DNA of 63,865 bases, counting the filler, from Octopus bimaculoides (lineage: Eukaryota): assembly GCF_001194135.2 (NCBI RefSeq). It is 6 parts of 5 records of this genome, joined end to end, with 100 filler letters (N's around TTAATTAATTAA, not from the genome) between each part and the next. Parts side by side here need not be neighbours in the genome. Positions count along the whole stretch, not along the records: positions 7,664 to 35,139 come from NC_068983.1; positions 35,240 to 37,418 come from NC_068986.1; positions 37,519 to 40,621 come from NW_026364990.1; 3 more parts are not named here. One strand, 5' to 3'. Each line of letters starts with the position of its first letter. Position 1 is the stretch's first letter. Shown piece by piece: positions 26,641 through 39,004 of this stretch. The position numbers and the translations under genes are program-made. Below the pieces are notes generated by a model, which was not told the DNA's origin, ran no database searches, and worked only from the letters and a program-made list of their open reading frames with translations.

Positions 26641-26804
26641 AGGGCATATTGTTCCACTCTATTCGTCTTTTTTAGAGATGACACCCTGTTCGAACTTAAT
26701 GAAGGAAATCTATGATCACCATGGAATACAGGGCACATTGTTCCAGTATTCGTCTTTTTTAGAGATGACACCCTGTTCGAACATTATGAAGGAAATCTAT
26801 GATC
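26638..26804. repeat. ~80-bp near-perfect local duplication
   Basis: TACAGGGCA..TATTCGTCTTTTTTAGAGATGACACCCTGTTCGAAC..GGAAATCTATGATCA occurs twice. Confidence 0.9.
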
Positions 26805-27134
26805 AAAAACTCTTCAACCCTGACTGTACAATATTTTTAAGGCCTGTAGGGTCACATTATTTAACCCTTTCCTTCTATTTTGCACTAAGACGTTAAAACA
26901 CGGCTTAAGAGGCATTAGGATTATATTTCTTGGTTACAGCATTGGCTCCTCAACTAAAATGTTTTTCCAAATAGATCCTCTGTTTTTTGAGTGGAAGTAA
27001 ATTTCCGGTTAGATGGTAGAACTAATTGCTGGCAGATTTCTGAGTCTCTCTGGAATGTTAATGTTTTCTGTTTAGTGAATTTCTGAATTGTTTGTAAAAC
27101 GTTACAGCGAGAGAGAGAGTTAGAGAGAGAGAGG

Positions 27135-27194
<60 letters not shown>

Positions 27195-27716
27195 AGTAAG
27201 ATAAGTAGTGAAAAAATAGGTTGTTGAGTTATAGTGATGAATACTTGTGGGATATTTTTGAAAGAATAAAAGAAACCGAGTAAACGAAAGAAAGAAAAAA
27301 ATAAACGAAGAAAAAAAACAAAACAGTTTTTCAAAAATCAAACAAAACAATATGGAATGAATGAATGGTAACGCAAAGAAAATGGAGGAAGAACCTACGA
27401 AAACGGTAGAGGGAGAGATAAGTGAGTGACGGGGAGAGGGAGAAGACAGTGACACGAGTGAAGGGGAGAGTAAGAGGAGGGAGGGTAGCTACTATTATGA
27501 TGGATGGTTCCATAAATGCTTTGGAGAAAGTCTCAAATTCCTTGAAGGAGCATTTTTTTTCGTTTTGAAACGGGGTGGGAGTAACGAATAGCTTTCCGTT
27601 ATTTGTTCTGACAAGTGGCGATAGCTTTATATCGGGGATTCTCCGTCGGTTTCGACGATGAGCGTTCACTTCCATTCAATTGCTACCAAACGTATGAGAA
27701 CGTCATAGAATCGTGT

Positions 27717-28097
27717 TGGCACTCCGTCGCTTACGACATCGAGTGTTCCAGTTGATCCGATCAATGGAACAGCCTGCTCGTGAAATTAACGTGCAAGTGG
27801 CTGAGCACTCCACAGACACGTGTACCCTTAACGTAGTTCTCGGGGAGATTCAGCGTGACAAAGAGTGTGACAAGGCTGACTCTTTCAATTACAGGCACAA
27901 CAGAAACAGGAATAAAGAGTGAGAGAAAGTTGTGGTGGAAGAGTACAGCAGGGTTCACCACCTTCCCCTGCCGGAGCCTCGTGGAGCTTTAGGTGTTTTC
28001 GCTCAATAAACACTCACAACGCCCGGTCTGGGAATGGAAACCGCAATCCTATGACCGCAAGTCCGCTGCCCTAACCACTGGGCCATTGCGCCTCCAC
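27717..28097 (-). mobile_element. SINE family C, full length
   Basis: 13-bp TSD CATAGAATCGTGT at 27704-27716 and 28098-28110. Confidence 0.9.
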
Positions 28098-28659
28098 CAT
28101 AGAATCGTGTACCCTAGACGCAATTCTCATACTGAACCACTGTGTCAAGGGAAGACCACTGAATCACAAATACGATCCAGAGAGGAAGAAAAGAGGCCTA
28201 AGAATCGATCTCAGCACTGCACTGTTTCTTATCGATCTATTTTTTTTAATCGACCATGAAATGCTGAAAAGCGAAGTTGATGGCGACGAAATTTGAACTC
28301 GAAGACCAGAGAAGCAGAACGAATAAGACAATGTGTTTTAACCGTCTCGCTGACGACCCTGCTAATCTGACACTTTCTTGGCAATGTGAAGCCCTGTCTG
28401 AGTAATAAGGTCTCAAAAGAACCAATAATAAAATATCCCATTTCAGTGAGTGTGGGAGTCGTTTCATTTTTGATAATAGCTCTAGGGAACAAGAATAGAA
28501 CCCATTCTCAACCTCTAAACTGCAATGCCACCCCTTCGTGAATTCCTGCTAAGGTCCCAAAAGATAAAATTTCTGAGGTTTTACTAGTTTTTACCTAACG
28601 CCACTTTTATCGTTATTTCTTTCTAAGGCCAGCAAGTTTGAGGTTGAGGGAGCAAGTTG

Positions 28660-28820
28660 CCTACATCGATCCCAGTTGTCGACAGGTACTTATTTCATAT
28701 CAACTCCGAAAGGATGAAAAGTAAATTCGCCCTCGGAGGATCTCGAACGCAGAACGTAAACAGCCGGAAGATATACCTCTACTTTATACTGTCCGACGTG
28801 CTAACGATACTGTCAGCTCA
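28660..28820 (-). mobile_element. SINE family B, diverged
   Basis: Reverse-complement match to the core. Confidence 0.7.
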
Positions 28821-29513
28821 CAATTTTTTTAATTCCATTAATTACAACCAAATGATCTAGCCTCGAATTTGAACCTCCACCAGCAGCCAAATATTCCCAA
28901 ACTCCAACATGTCGTTTAAAAAGAAAGGACGCAGTTGATAACGTGACCCAAAAGAAAAGAGACGTGAAGGTCACGGCTGGAATATAATTGACCATAAGTC
29001 TGCTCAGGCAGAACTGACTTGGAGCGGAATAACAACTATCTCTTTCATTTCTTCTCCTTTTCTCTTTCCTTTTCTGTTCATCTCATTACTTCTCCATCTT
29101 TCACTGTATATATCTAACCTTTCCTTTTTCTCATTCTTTCTTCCTCATCCGCTTTGTCTTTGCATCCATCCACTTCGCTTTCTTCTCTCTGTCTCCTCTC
29201 TATTCCCGTTTCTGTTTGTCTCAAAACTTCTGACTTTATATTTCTTTCTTACGCACACGCTCACTTATCCTTATAACATATTTCTGTGCATCTCTCTCTC
29301 TCTCTCTCTCTCTCCCTCGCCGCCTATTTTGTTCATTCTCTCCTTCTCTCTTTTTATTTCTCTCTCACTCCTTACCTCTCATTTACTCTCATTCTCTATC
29401 ACTTTCTTCCGCATACTCTTCTTTGTGTTTTCTTTCTTACCCATTCTTATATTTTACATATTTAGCCTCTCTTTCTATGCGCGTGTGTGTGTGTTTGTGT
29501 GTGTGTGTCTGTC

Positions 29514-29548
<35 letters not shown>

Positions 29549-29648
29549 ATCTCTGTTATCGCAGACATCTACACACTTACAAACACACATATACTTTCCG
29601 GATACACGTACACATGCATAGATACATACACATACATACATGCATACA

Positions 29649-29682
<34 letters not shown>

Positions 29683-30032
29683 CACACATACATACAGACA
29701 GACAGAGAGACAGACACACATTCAAGCAGACAACCAGACAAGCAGACATACAGGTAAAGAGAACTACCACTTTGTACTTGTCTGCCTTTTCGATTTCCAT
29801 CATGAGTTTCTCTTTTTTCTAATGTTAAGTAACCCTTTCATCCCCCTTTCCCTTTTAAGTAACAAACTCTTTTATCTCATCTTCCGCCTCTCACTCTCTC
29901 TCTCTCTCTCTCTCTGAACTACGAATTATCTTTCCTTGCCTCTCTGTGTTTCTCAATCTCACTTCTTTTCTACTGCTCGCAATTTCTATTTCCTTTCCGT
30001 TTCATACCCTTCTGTCTGTCTGTCTGTCTGTA

Positions 30033-30064
<32 letters not shown>

Positions 30065-30689
30065 CGTCCGTCCGTCTCTCTCTCTCTCTCACCGTATTTT
30101 CTTCTTCCTCTCTCCCCTATCTCAACCATTATTTATCTATTACACTCATATTTCCTTTCACAGTTCAATCCTCTCAGTACTTATAGTTGTTCTTGCGGTG
30201 GAATTCACCCAGGGTGGATTGAGGCATCTCCGACCAACGAGTTCATCACGTCCCTCACGAATGCTGATCACATCTGACGGTCTTAGGGACAGTGTGATCC
30301 ATAGCAGCTCATTTCGCCGTCGATTGTCTACCGTTGGAGCGGATTAGCTAACCAAGTCACCGCCGATTATCGAAGATGCGCACGCTTTCCAGTTCCTCTG
30401 GTAGGTAAATAAATCTATCTTAAGAAGAGACCACAGTAATTAAGACTGGGTTTCGTTTTCTAATTTCTTTTTTCTGACGACATACTTGTGTGCGGTGACG
30501 CTCGCGTTGCACATGCCATTAATTAAAATTTTTGTGCGATATTGCCTCAAAGACATGGAAACACTGAGTTATCTTCGATCGTGGGCCTCACGTGGCGAAT
30601 AAGCAGAATAGTTAGAGCGTAGGAGTGAGATTCCAAGCGCAATTTGTTTCAGCTCTCTTTGTTCTTAGCTAATATTGTATGGTCGATAC

Positions 30690-31270
30690 CGCCGAGGTCG
30701 ACTTTGCCTTTGATCCTTTCGGAGTCGATTAAATAAGTACCAGTTACACACTGTGTTTGATATAATCGACTTAATCCGTTTGTCTGTACTTGTGTGTCTC
30801 CTCTGTGTGTAGCCCCTTGTGGGCAGTAACGAAATAAGAAACGTTAGCATGTGCCGCGCGAAATTCTTAGCGGTATTTCGTCTGTTTTACGTTCTGAGTT
30901 CAAATTCCGCCGAGATCAACTTTGCATTTCATCCTTTCGGGGTCGATAAATTAACTACCAGTTGCGTACTTGGGTCGATCTAATCGACTAGCCCCCTCCC
31001 CAAAAATTTCGGGCCTTGTGCCTTGAGTAGAAAAAAAATATAGTATGGTTGATAGAAGGAAGCAAGCTGGCTGAAGAGTTAAAGCGCCGGGCAAAAAACC
31101 CTTAGCAGCTTTTCGTCCTTTATGTTCTGAGTTTAAATTCCACTGAGGTCGACATCGCCTTTCAATCTTCCGGGATCGATAAATTAAGTACTAGTTGAAT
31201 ACTGGGGATAATAGGATCGACTTAACCCTTCCCCCAAAATTTCAGGCTTTGAGCCCATAGTGGAAAGGAT
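30690..31270 (+). mobile_element. Three tandem or nested SINE family B copies
   Basis: Core repeated at ~30690, ~30900 and ~31140; the second copy starts directly at the tail of the first. Confidence 0.85.
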
Positions 31271-31697
31271 TCTATGGTGAATAGCAAAAAAAGAAATAAA
31301 GATCTCCAGAGTTGTGGATTGACGTAGCTACTTGAGTGCCGGGTATAAAGAACCATCAGAAATATCGCCAAGCATTTTGTTCAACATGCTAACGATTGTA
31401 CCAATTCACCGTCTTTACGATCTTATATCTTCTTTTTTTCTTCTTTCGCTTGTTTCATTTATTGGATTGGTGACTTGCTGGAGAACTGCCTTGAAAGGTT
31501 TTAGTGGACCGAATCGATCCCAGTATATATTTTTTAAAACCCGCTGCTTATAGAATGTTATGGGCATGTATGTAAACAAACTAACACCGGCTATCAAGCA
31601 TTAGTGGGAGGACAAACCCAAACTGGAAGGCAAACTTACACACCAAATAGACACACATACACACACACACATATGTACATGCACGTTTACATACATA

Positions 31698-31913
31698 CGA
31701 AGCGGTGCTGAAAATTTCCTGTCTTTGGGCAAAACAAAATACTGAAGGATCAGTTAAATATGATTTTATTCAACATATTCCCCGCTAATGCTCACACACC
31801 TATTTCAACGGTCCTTCAGTTTTTCTAAGCCCTGTAAAAGAACTATCAAATGTGGGTCTCCGACCAGACCTTTCGTGACACCCTTAAAGCAAGGAAATTT
31901 TCAGCACCCTTCG
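31698..31913. mobile_element. mariner-type MITE
   Basis: TIR CGAAGCGGTGCTGAAAATTTCCT / AGGAAATTTTCAGCACCCTTCG with TA TSD; related fragment at ~34946-35055. Confidence 0.85.
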
Positions 31914-31951
31914 TATATCTAAACGTGTGTGTCTGTCTATATACAACAATC

Positions 31952-32500
31952 TTCTTTCAGTTCCTGTCAACCAAATCCACTCACAAGACGTTGATTTGCT
32001 CGGGGCTAATAGTGAAGGCACTTCCCCAAGAAAGCACGCAGTAGTGATGGACCCAGAACAATGTGGTATGCAAGAAAGTTCTTACCATACAGCAATGTGA
32101 TAAGCAGTTTGCTTCACAACCAAATTGTTCCGGGTTCAGTCACATTGCGTGGTGCCTTGGATACGTGTCTTCTATTATAACCTAAAGCTGACAAAAAGCC
32201 TTGTGAGTGGATTTGATTGAAGGAAAATGAAAGAAGCCCGACGTATATACATATGTGCGTGTGTGTTTGTGTGTATGTCTATTTGTCTCTGTGTCTGTGT
32301 TTGTCCCCACCATCGCTTGACAGCCGGTGTTGATGTGTTTTCAACGCCGTAACCTAGTGGTTCGGTAAAATGGAACGATCGAATAAGTACCAGGCTTTAA
32401 AAAATATATATACTGGGGGTCGATTCGTTCAACTAAAAACTCTTCAAGGCGGTGCTCCAGCCTGGTCACAATCTAATGACTAAAACAAGAAAAAGAAGAT
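31952..32500. mobile_element. Head-to-head pair of SINE family A copies (31952-32092 minus, 32093-32500 plus)
   Basis: The first 140 bp are the reverse complement of the following SINE head (roughly 70% identity by eye). Confidence 0.8.
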
Positions 32501-32961
32501 AAAAGAGAAAAGTGAAAGACTATATTAAAAACAGAATATCTTCACACCCTGCAACTAATTATCTGTTGTCACCTCATATGCTACAAAAGATTGTGTTTAC
32601 CAAAGTTAACAAGTAGTTTCATCATAGCAATGTATGACGGAATAGAATATTTGATTTTTCTACATTTTTAATTTAGGAACTCAGCGTCTCCCAGTCGTTC
32701 GGAAATTTTCTTGAAACAACTTGAATTTGGCAAACAACACTTTTGGACTTGAGATTAAAATGAGAATAATTAAATAATCCATCCGTATATATTAATTTTT
32801 ATACGAAACAATTTCATAGCAAGATTGTTTAAAACTGATTTTAGACGAGTGCAAGTAATATATATGTTTATGGTTGTTTTGAGCAAACCAATAGGTTTTC
32901 AAAGTGCATTTCGGTGCTCAACCACAACAGATCTTCACGGAATACTATTGCATTAACTTAC

Positions 32962-33029
32962 AGAAAATTCTGTCCAACGTTGAATACATGGCGAGGCATT
33001 TTATAATTCTTTGGGCACAAGAAAGGCAA
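32962..33029 (-). CDS. Candidate 68-nt exon
   Basis: Strong acceptor tacttccttctcatccag and donor GTAAGT; open in two frames (LPFLCPKNYKMPRHVFNVGQNF or CLSCAQRIIKCLAMYSTLDRIF). Confidence 0.3.
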
Positions 33030-34105
33030 CTGGATGAGAAGGAAGTATATATATATATATATATNNNNNNNNNNNNNNNNNNNNNNNNNNNNNNNNNNNN
33101 NNNNNNNNNNNNNNNNNNNNNNNNNNNNNNNNNNNNNNNNNNNNNNNNNNNNNNNNNNNNNNNNNNNNNNNNNNNNNNNNNNNNNNNNNNNNNNNNNNNN
33201 NNNNNNNNNNNNNNNNNNNNNNNNNNNNNNNNNNNNNNNNNNNNNNNNNNNNNNNNNNNNNNNNNNNNNNNNNNNNNNNNNNNNNNNNNNNNNNNNNNNN
33301 NNNNNNNNNNNNNNNNNNNNNNNNNNNNNNNNNNNNNNNNNNNNNNNNNNNNNNNNNNNNNNNNNNNNNNNNNNNNNNNNNNNNNNNNNNNNNNNNNNNN
33401 NNNNNNNNNNNNNNNNNNNNNNNNNNNNNNNNNNNNNNNNNNNNNNNNNNNNNNNNNNNNNNNNNNNNNNNNNNNNNNNNNNNNNNNNNNNNNNNNNNNN
33501 NNNNNNNNNNNNNNNNNNNNNNNNNNNNNNNNNNNNNNNNNNNNNNNNNNNNNNNNNNNNNNNNNNNNNNNNNNNNNNNNNNNNNNNNNNNNNNNNNNNN
33601 NNNNNNNNNNNNNNNNNNNNNNNNNNNNNNNNNNNNNNNNNNNNNNNNNNNNNNNNNNNNNNNNNNNNNNNNNNNNNNNNNNNNNNNNNNNNNNNNNNNN
33701 NNNNNNNNNNNNNNNNNNNATATATATATATATATATAGGAGAGTATTGTAGTTCGCTTGAAACGTTGTGTATTGTTTGTAAAGAATAAAAAGGTTGAAT
33801 GGTACAACAGTGCACTATAATACAAAATATGGACTATATACTTAGATGGAGTCTCTGCTATAATCTGTTTACTAACGGCTTTTTTTTCTTCTTTTTCCGG
33901 AAGCGTCTCAGTAGTGGTCTCACGAAGCTCCTTCCGGAATTCTTCATGAGAAATGCGTGAGGTCGGCTATGTTTCAATCTTGTGTGTGTTGGAACATCTG
34001 TAGCGCTGCTTCAAAGTTATGTTATACGTGCAGCTTCCCTTAGAATATCTGAATATGGAATTGTATTCCGAAATATCATCGGACTATAGATAACTAAATT
34101 ACAAC

Positions 34106-34152
<47 letters not shown>

Positions 34153-35104
34153 TATTTTGTGTGTATGTGTATGGTAGTGTGGGTATGTGATATCCCTTCT
34201 CAGACAAATTCAATAAGCGTATTTACAAATGAGATAATTCTATATTTCGTACTTATAACATCAAATATATCAATTCTAAAGATGAATTCCAGCTGTGAAT
34301 ATGTGTTACGTTGATATTTAATTGGAGGTGTGAATACTTTACCCTGGAACATAAAAAACATAAGAAGTTCATAAAAATGTGCCTCGCTTAATCTGAGAGT
34401 AACCTCTTCTCTCACAATATTTAGGTAACCCTGTAATATCACATGCCTTCCACACCTTTCTTAGACTAGGCGATGCACATTTTCATAAGCTTCGTACATG
34501 TTAGTAATGCTCCAGTGGAAAGTACTTACATCAAATTCCTTTTCATTTTTTTATTTTTGTCTCAACCAATGAAGCAATATTTTTTTTTTTTAATGAAATG
34601 CTAGTACTAATGATATATGAACTGGTCACAATTTGTGATTTCTATTAATAGATTTCTTGGAATGCAGATTGTTAGAAGATTATTAGTTATTTAATATCGA
34701 ACTGCACCCACAGTTCGATATTAAATTGTAGTTATTTTCACTTTCCCAGTAAATTATTTCAACAAAACACTATTGATATTACATATGAACAGCTACTGCC
34801 GAAATAGGGCTAAAAACCTGACAGTGTCGTCAGTAGAAGGAAGAGGTACATAGTACTAAAGTATTGGAGCGTATTTACTCTTCAAATTGAAGAATGGCGA
34901 GTATTCATCACTTGAATTTAGCCCTAGAATTCTGAAATTTGTTATATGGGGCGAGGTGCTGAAAAGTTGCTGATTTAAGGATATCGAAAAAGGCCTGGTT
35001 GGAGGCCTAGCATTCTGAACTTTTCAGCATCAGGAACTTTTCAGTACCAGCTTATAGTTATGAAACAGAATCATCAAATTTCCAAACACACACACACACA
35101 CACA

Positions 35105-35139
<35 letters not shown>

Positions 35140-35596
35140 NNNNNNNNNNNNNNNNNNNNNNNNNNNNNNNNNNNNNNNNNNNNTTAATTAATTAANNNNN
35201 NNNNNNNNNNNNNNNNNNNNNNNNNNNNNNNNNNNNNNNATATATATGTATATGTGCGTGAATGTTTGTGTATGTTTATGTGTGTATGAGTGTGTGTGTG
35301 TGTGTACGTGTGTGTGTGTGTGTAAATAAGCACACCCTTATACACGAACTCACACGAACAATTCATTTTCTCCCATCCATCTGTATACATCTCACCTTAA
35401 TCATATGAACACCGTATGCGAGCCATGTCACAGGAATGAATAACATGAAAATGTGATTACAGTTTTAATTTGCGTCGCAGAAAGAGTGGGGGAAGGGAGG
35501 AGGAGGTGGAGGAGGAGAATTAGAAGACTGAAGCAAAGAGGGTGACTGAGAGAAAGAGGATAAGCGGGGAATCTATATAATGTTCTTCATAAAAAA

Positions 35597-35615
35597 TATG
35601 ATGAAGATGATGACG

Positions 35616-35660
<45 letters not shown>
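35597..35660. repeat. (TAA)n microsatellite
   Basis: Directly visible. Confidence 0.98.
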
Positions 35661-35681
<21 letters not shown>

Positions 35682-37162
35682 GAAGAAGAAAAATAAAAGA
35701 AAGAGCGAAAGCAAAATATAAACGAAGTAAACTCCCCTAACTAGAGGGTCGTTGTCACCATGCCAGAAGTGTCCATTTCTAGTGACCACTGTATATGTGA
35801 TGAGCGGTGTCTGGGTAGTAGGGTGTGTCAAGTTGCTGAAATATAGCCAAAGCAGCGGCAACTCGCTGGACGGAATACACGGGAGAAGCAAAACGAAACA
35901 AAACAACAAAACACAGAACACACGCACAAAAAAAAAAAAAAGAGAAAAAATAGAGAAAAAGAGAGGACAGAAAGCAAATGTTTCACTCAATATTGGTTGA
36001 CAGCCAATAGTACATAGAACAGTCTGAATACAACAACTGGTCGTCGTCGCCATTAGCATTGCTAGCGAGTTGCCGCCATTACGTTGCTCACTCTAAAGAA
36101 CGACATTTTCAATGGCAGCTTTCAGGTCTATTTTTTAACGCACACTCTCTTTTCTCTCTCCCCCCTCTCTCTCTCTCTCTCTTTGTCTGTTTCTCTCTTG
36201 CCTTCTTTCTCTCACTATTACTCTCTTTTCTTTCACCTCTTTCTCTCTCCTTCTCTCTCTTTCTTAGCATCTGTACGTCTATCCTTCATTCCTTTCAGCT
36301 TATCAATGAAACCAGTGAAGGGCCGTGTATTTGGTCGATAGAAATATCACCAAATATTCCTTAAATATTCTACAATCTTAGAAGAAAAAAGACCAGGTTA
36401 TATTGGATAATGTAGTCCTAGACATACTGTTTAAAAAAAAAAGAGCAAAAACTGGATGATCATTGTAGGAAAGGCATCGATCATAGGTTTGCTCGATCAG
36501 AGCTGTACTGGGAACTAAACAAAAACATCTTTATTCGCAGTGAGTCAATCATTCATGGTCTAGACACCTCACTCGCTATTTCGCCATGTTTCATTTATTC
36601 GTTATCGTAGTAGAGTTATGACAGCCATTTAAAACGAACATATAATACTGTTATATTGTGACATTCATAAGTTTGGACAACTTTGTATGCCGTGGAGAAA
36701 AGAAGAATTTGACGTTTCTTGACTAACTCTTGTCTGGGAGAAAATAAATTTTTCAGTTAAGTGGTTTAGTACTATATAGGCCACGCAATTGAAATTATTT
36801 ATAAAATACAGCCATAACAATTTCTTCTTTTTATCCCAGACGAGGTGTCACTTCCAAAACGGCAGGCTTTTCCAATCTTCCCAGCATATAAACTTATCAA
36901 AACTCAAGAACTTTTGTATAGGGCTCTTGTTAACACACACCACGATAAATTTTCTTTGTTTCTATAGTTGCTTTGTGTTTATGCTGTTTTAAGTCGGCGA
37001 ATTTTTTCTCTACAAGCATTTATTTTTATTATATCCATTCATTCACCCACCTTTCACTCATGCAATCGCTCAAAGAATCACACACACACCCACTCACTCG
37101 TGCTAATACTCAAACTTCACTTGTTCATTTACTCACTCAAAATATTCCATATTCATATTAAA

Positions 37163-37418
37163 AATGTGGCTGTGTGCTAAGAAGCTTGCTTCCCAACCAT
37201 GGGCAAGTGTCTTCTACTATAGCCTCGTGCCGACCAAAGCCTTGTGAGTGGATTTGGTAAACGGAAACTGAAAGAATCCCGTTGTATATCTATTTATATT
37301 TGTGTGCGTGTGTCTGCGTTTGCACCCCTCCTCATTCATCGTTTGACAACCAATGCTGGTGTGTTTATGTCTCTGTAACAAAAGCGGTTCGACAAAAGAC
37401 AACGATAGAATAAGTACT
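37163..37418 (+). mobile_element. SINE family A, internally deleted
   Basis: Head and core match; ends at a gap. Confidence 0.85.
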
Positions 37419-37643
37419 NNNNNNNNNNNNNNNNNNNNNNNNNNNNNNNNNNNNNNNNNNNNTTAATTAATTAANNNNNNNNNNNNNNNNNNNNNNNNNN
37501 NNNNNNNNNNNNNNNNNNCATCCTGTCTTCATTCATTGGAGTGCCAAATGCAGTGGAGAAAATGTCGACAAGGCGCTTCTTAAAACTTATTACAAAGTAA
37601 ATTTAACAAAAAATAAAATTAAAATATCTCTACACACTCGGCA

Positions 37644-37672
37644 CTCGGACAACGCCGGGTACAGTTAGCTAA
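37644..37672 (+). mobile_element. Possible Helitron 3' terminus
   Basis: CTCGGACAACGCCGGG hairpin-like motif followed ~9 nt later by CTAA|T (CTRR consensus, usually CTAG); 5' end not seen. Confidence 0.4.
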
Positions 37673-38692
37673 TTATATTGTAAATAATTTAGATCCGTTA
37701 ATACGTCTAATTATAGAAAATACGCTCTTTTGTGACAAAATATACAATATATTCAGAAATATATTCTGGACCTGTTTAGTTTTCATATTTTAGTTTTCAT
37801 ATTTAAAAATTAAAAATTAAACCAGGCAATAAATCGATAAACATGTGTAGACGAATATTATTAATCATTAAATGAAATTATCTAATTTATAAGTTTCCAA
37901 GACATTCAGAACACTTGGGAGATAAAATTTCATGAATATGCAGGTATATGTGGTTAGGCTATATCACCTTCTTTAAAAAAAAAAAAAAATACACATTTTG
38001 TTGAGCAAGCTTCAGATAGCATAGACATAGAATAGGCTTATAAATAAATAAATTTGAGTCAACACATCATCACAGTATATATATATATTTATATTTATAT
38101 ATTTATATATTTGATCCTTTATATTGAACACTCAATATTTCATCTACATTCAATACTTTATTTCATGGTGCCATCCATTTTTATTTTATTTTATATTATA
38201 TATTGTATATTATATTATATATTGTATATTCCATATTCTATACCCCNNNNNNNNNNNNNNNNNNNNNNNNNNNNNNNNNNNNNNNNNNNNNNNNNNNNNN
38301 NNNNNNNNNNNNNNNNNNNNNNNNNNNNNNNNNNNNNNNNNNNNNNNNNNNNNNNNNNNNNNNNNNNNNNNNNNNNNNNNNNNNNNNNNNNNNNNNNNNN
38401 NNNNNNNNNNNNNNNNNNNNNNNNNNNNNNNNNNNNNNNNNNNNNNNNNNNNNNNNNNNNNNNNNNNNNNNNNNNNNNNNNNNNNNNNNNNNNNNNNNNN
38501 NNNNNNNNNNNNNNNNNNNNNNNNNNNNNNNNNNNNNNNNNNNNNNNNNNNNNNNNNNNNNNNNNNNNNNNNNNNNNNNNNNNNNNNNNNNNNNNNNNNN
38601 NNNNNNNNNNNNNNNNNNNNNNNNNNNNNNNNNNNNNNNNNNNNNNNNNNNNNNNNNNNNNNNNNNNNNNNNNNNNNNNNNNNNNNNNNNNN

Positions 38693-38746
<54 letters not shown>

Positions 38747-39004
38747 TGTGTTTGTTCTTACACCGTCGCTTGACAACCGATGTTGATGTGTTAAGTCCCC
38801 GTAACTTAGCGTTTGGCAAAAGAGAACAATAGAATAAGTATTAGGATTACAAACAAAGAATAACTCCTGGGGTCGATTTCTACGACTAACAAAACGTTAA
38901 AGGCGCTGCTCCAGCATGGCTACAGTCAAATGACTGAAACATGTATTCGATTAAATGTAAAAGAATATAAATAAATAAATAAATAAATAGATATATAGGT
39001 ATAT

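Noticed and set aside
35520-36059. 179-aa ORF with hydrophobic and poly-Tyr stretches
   Set aside because: Length derives from T-rich and (TAT)n low-complexity sequence; no convincing gene structure.
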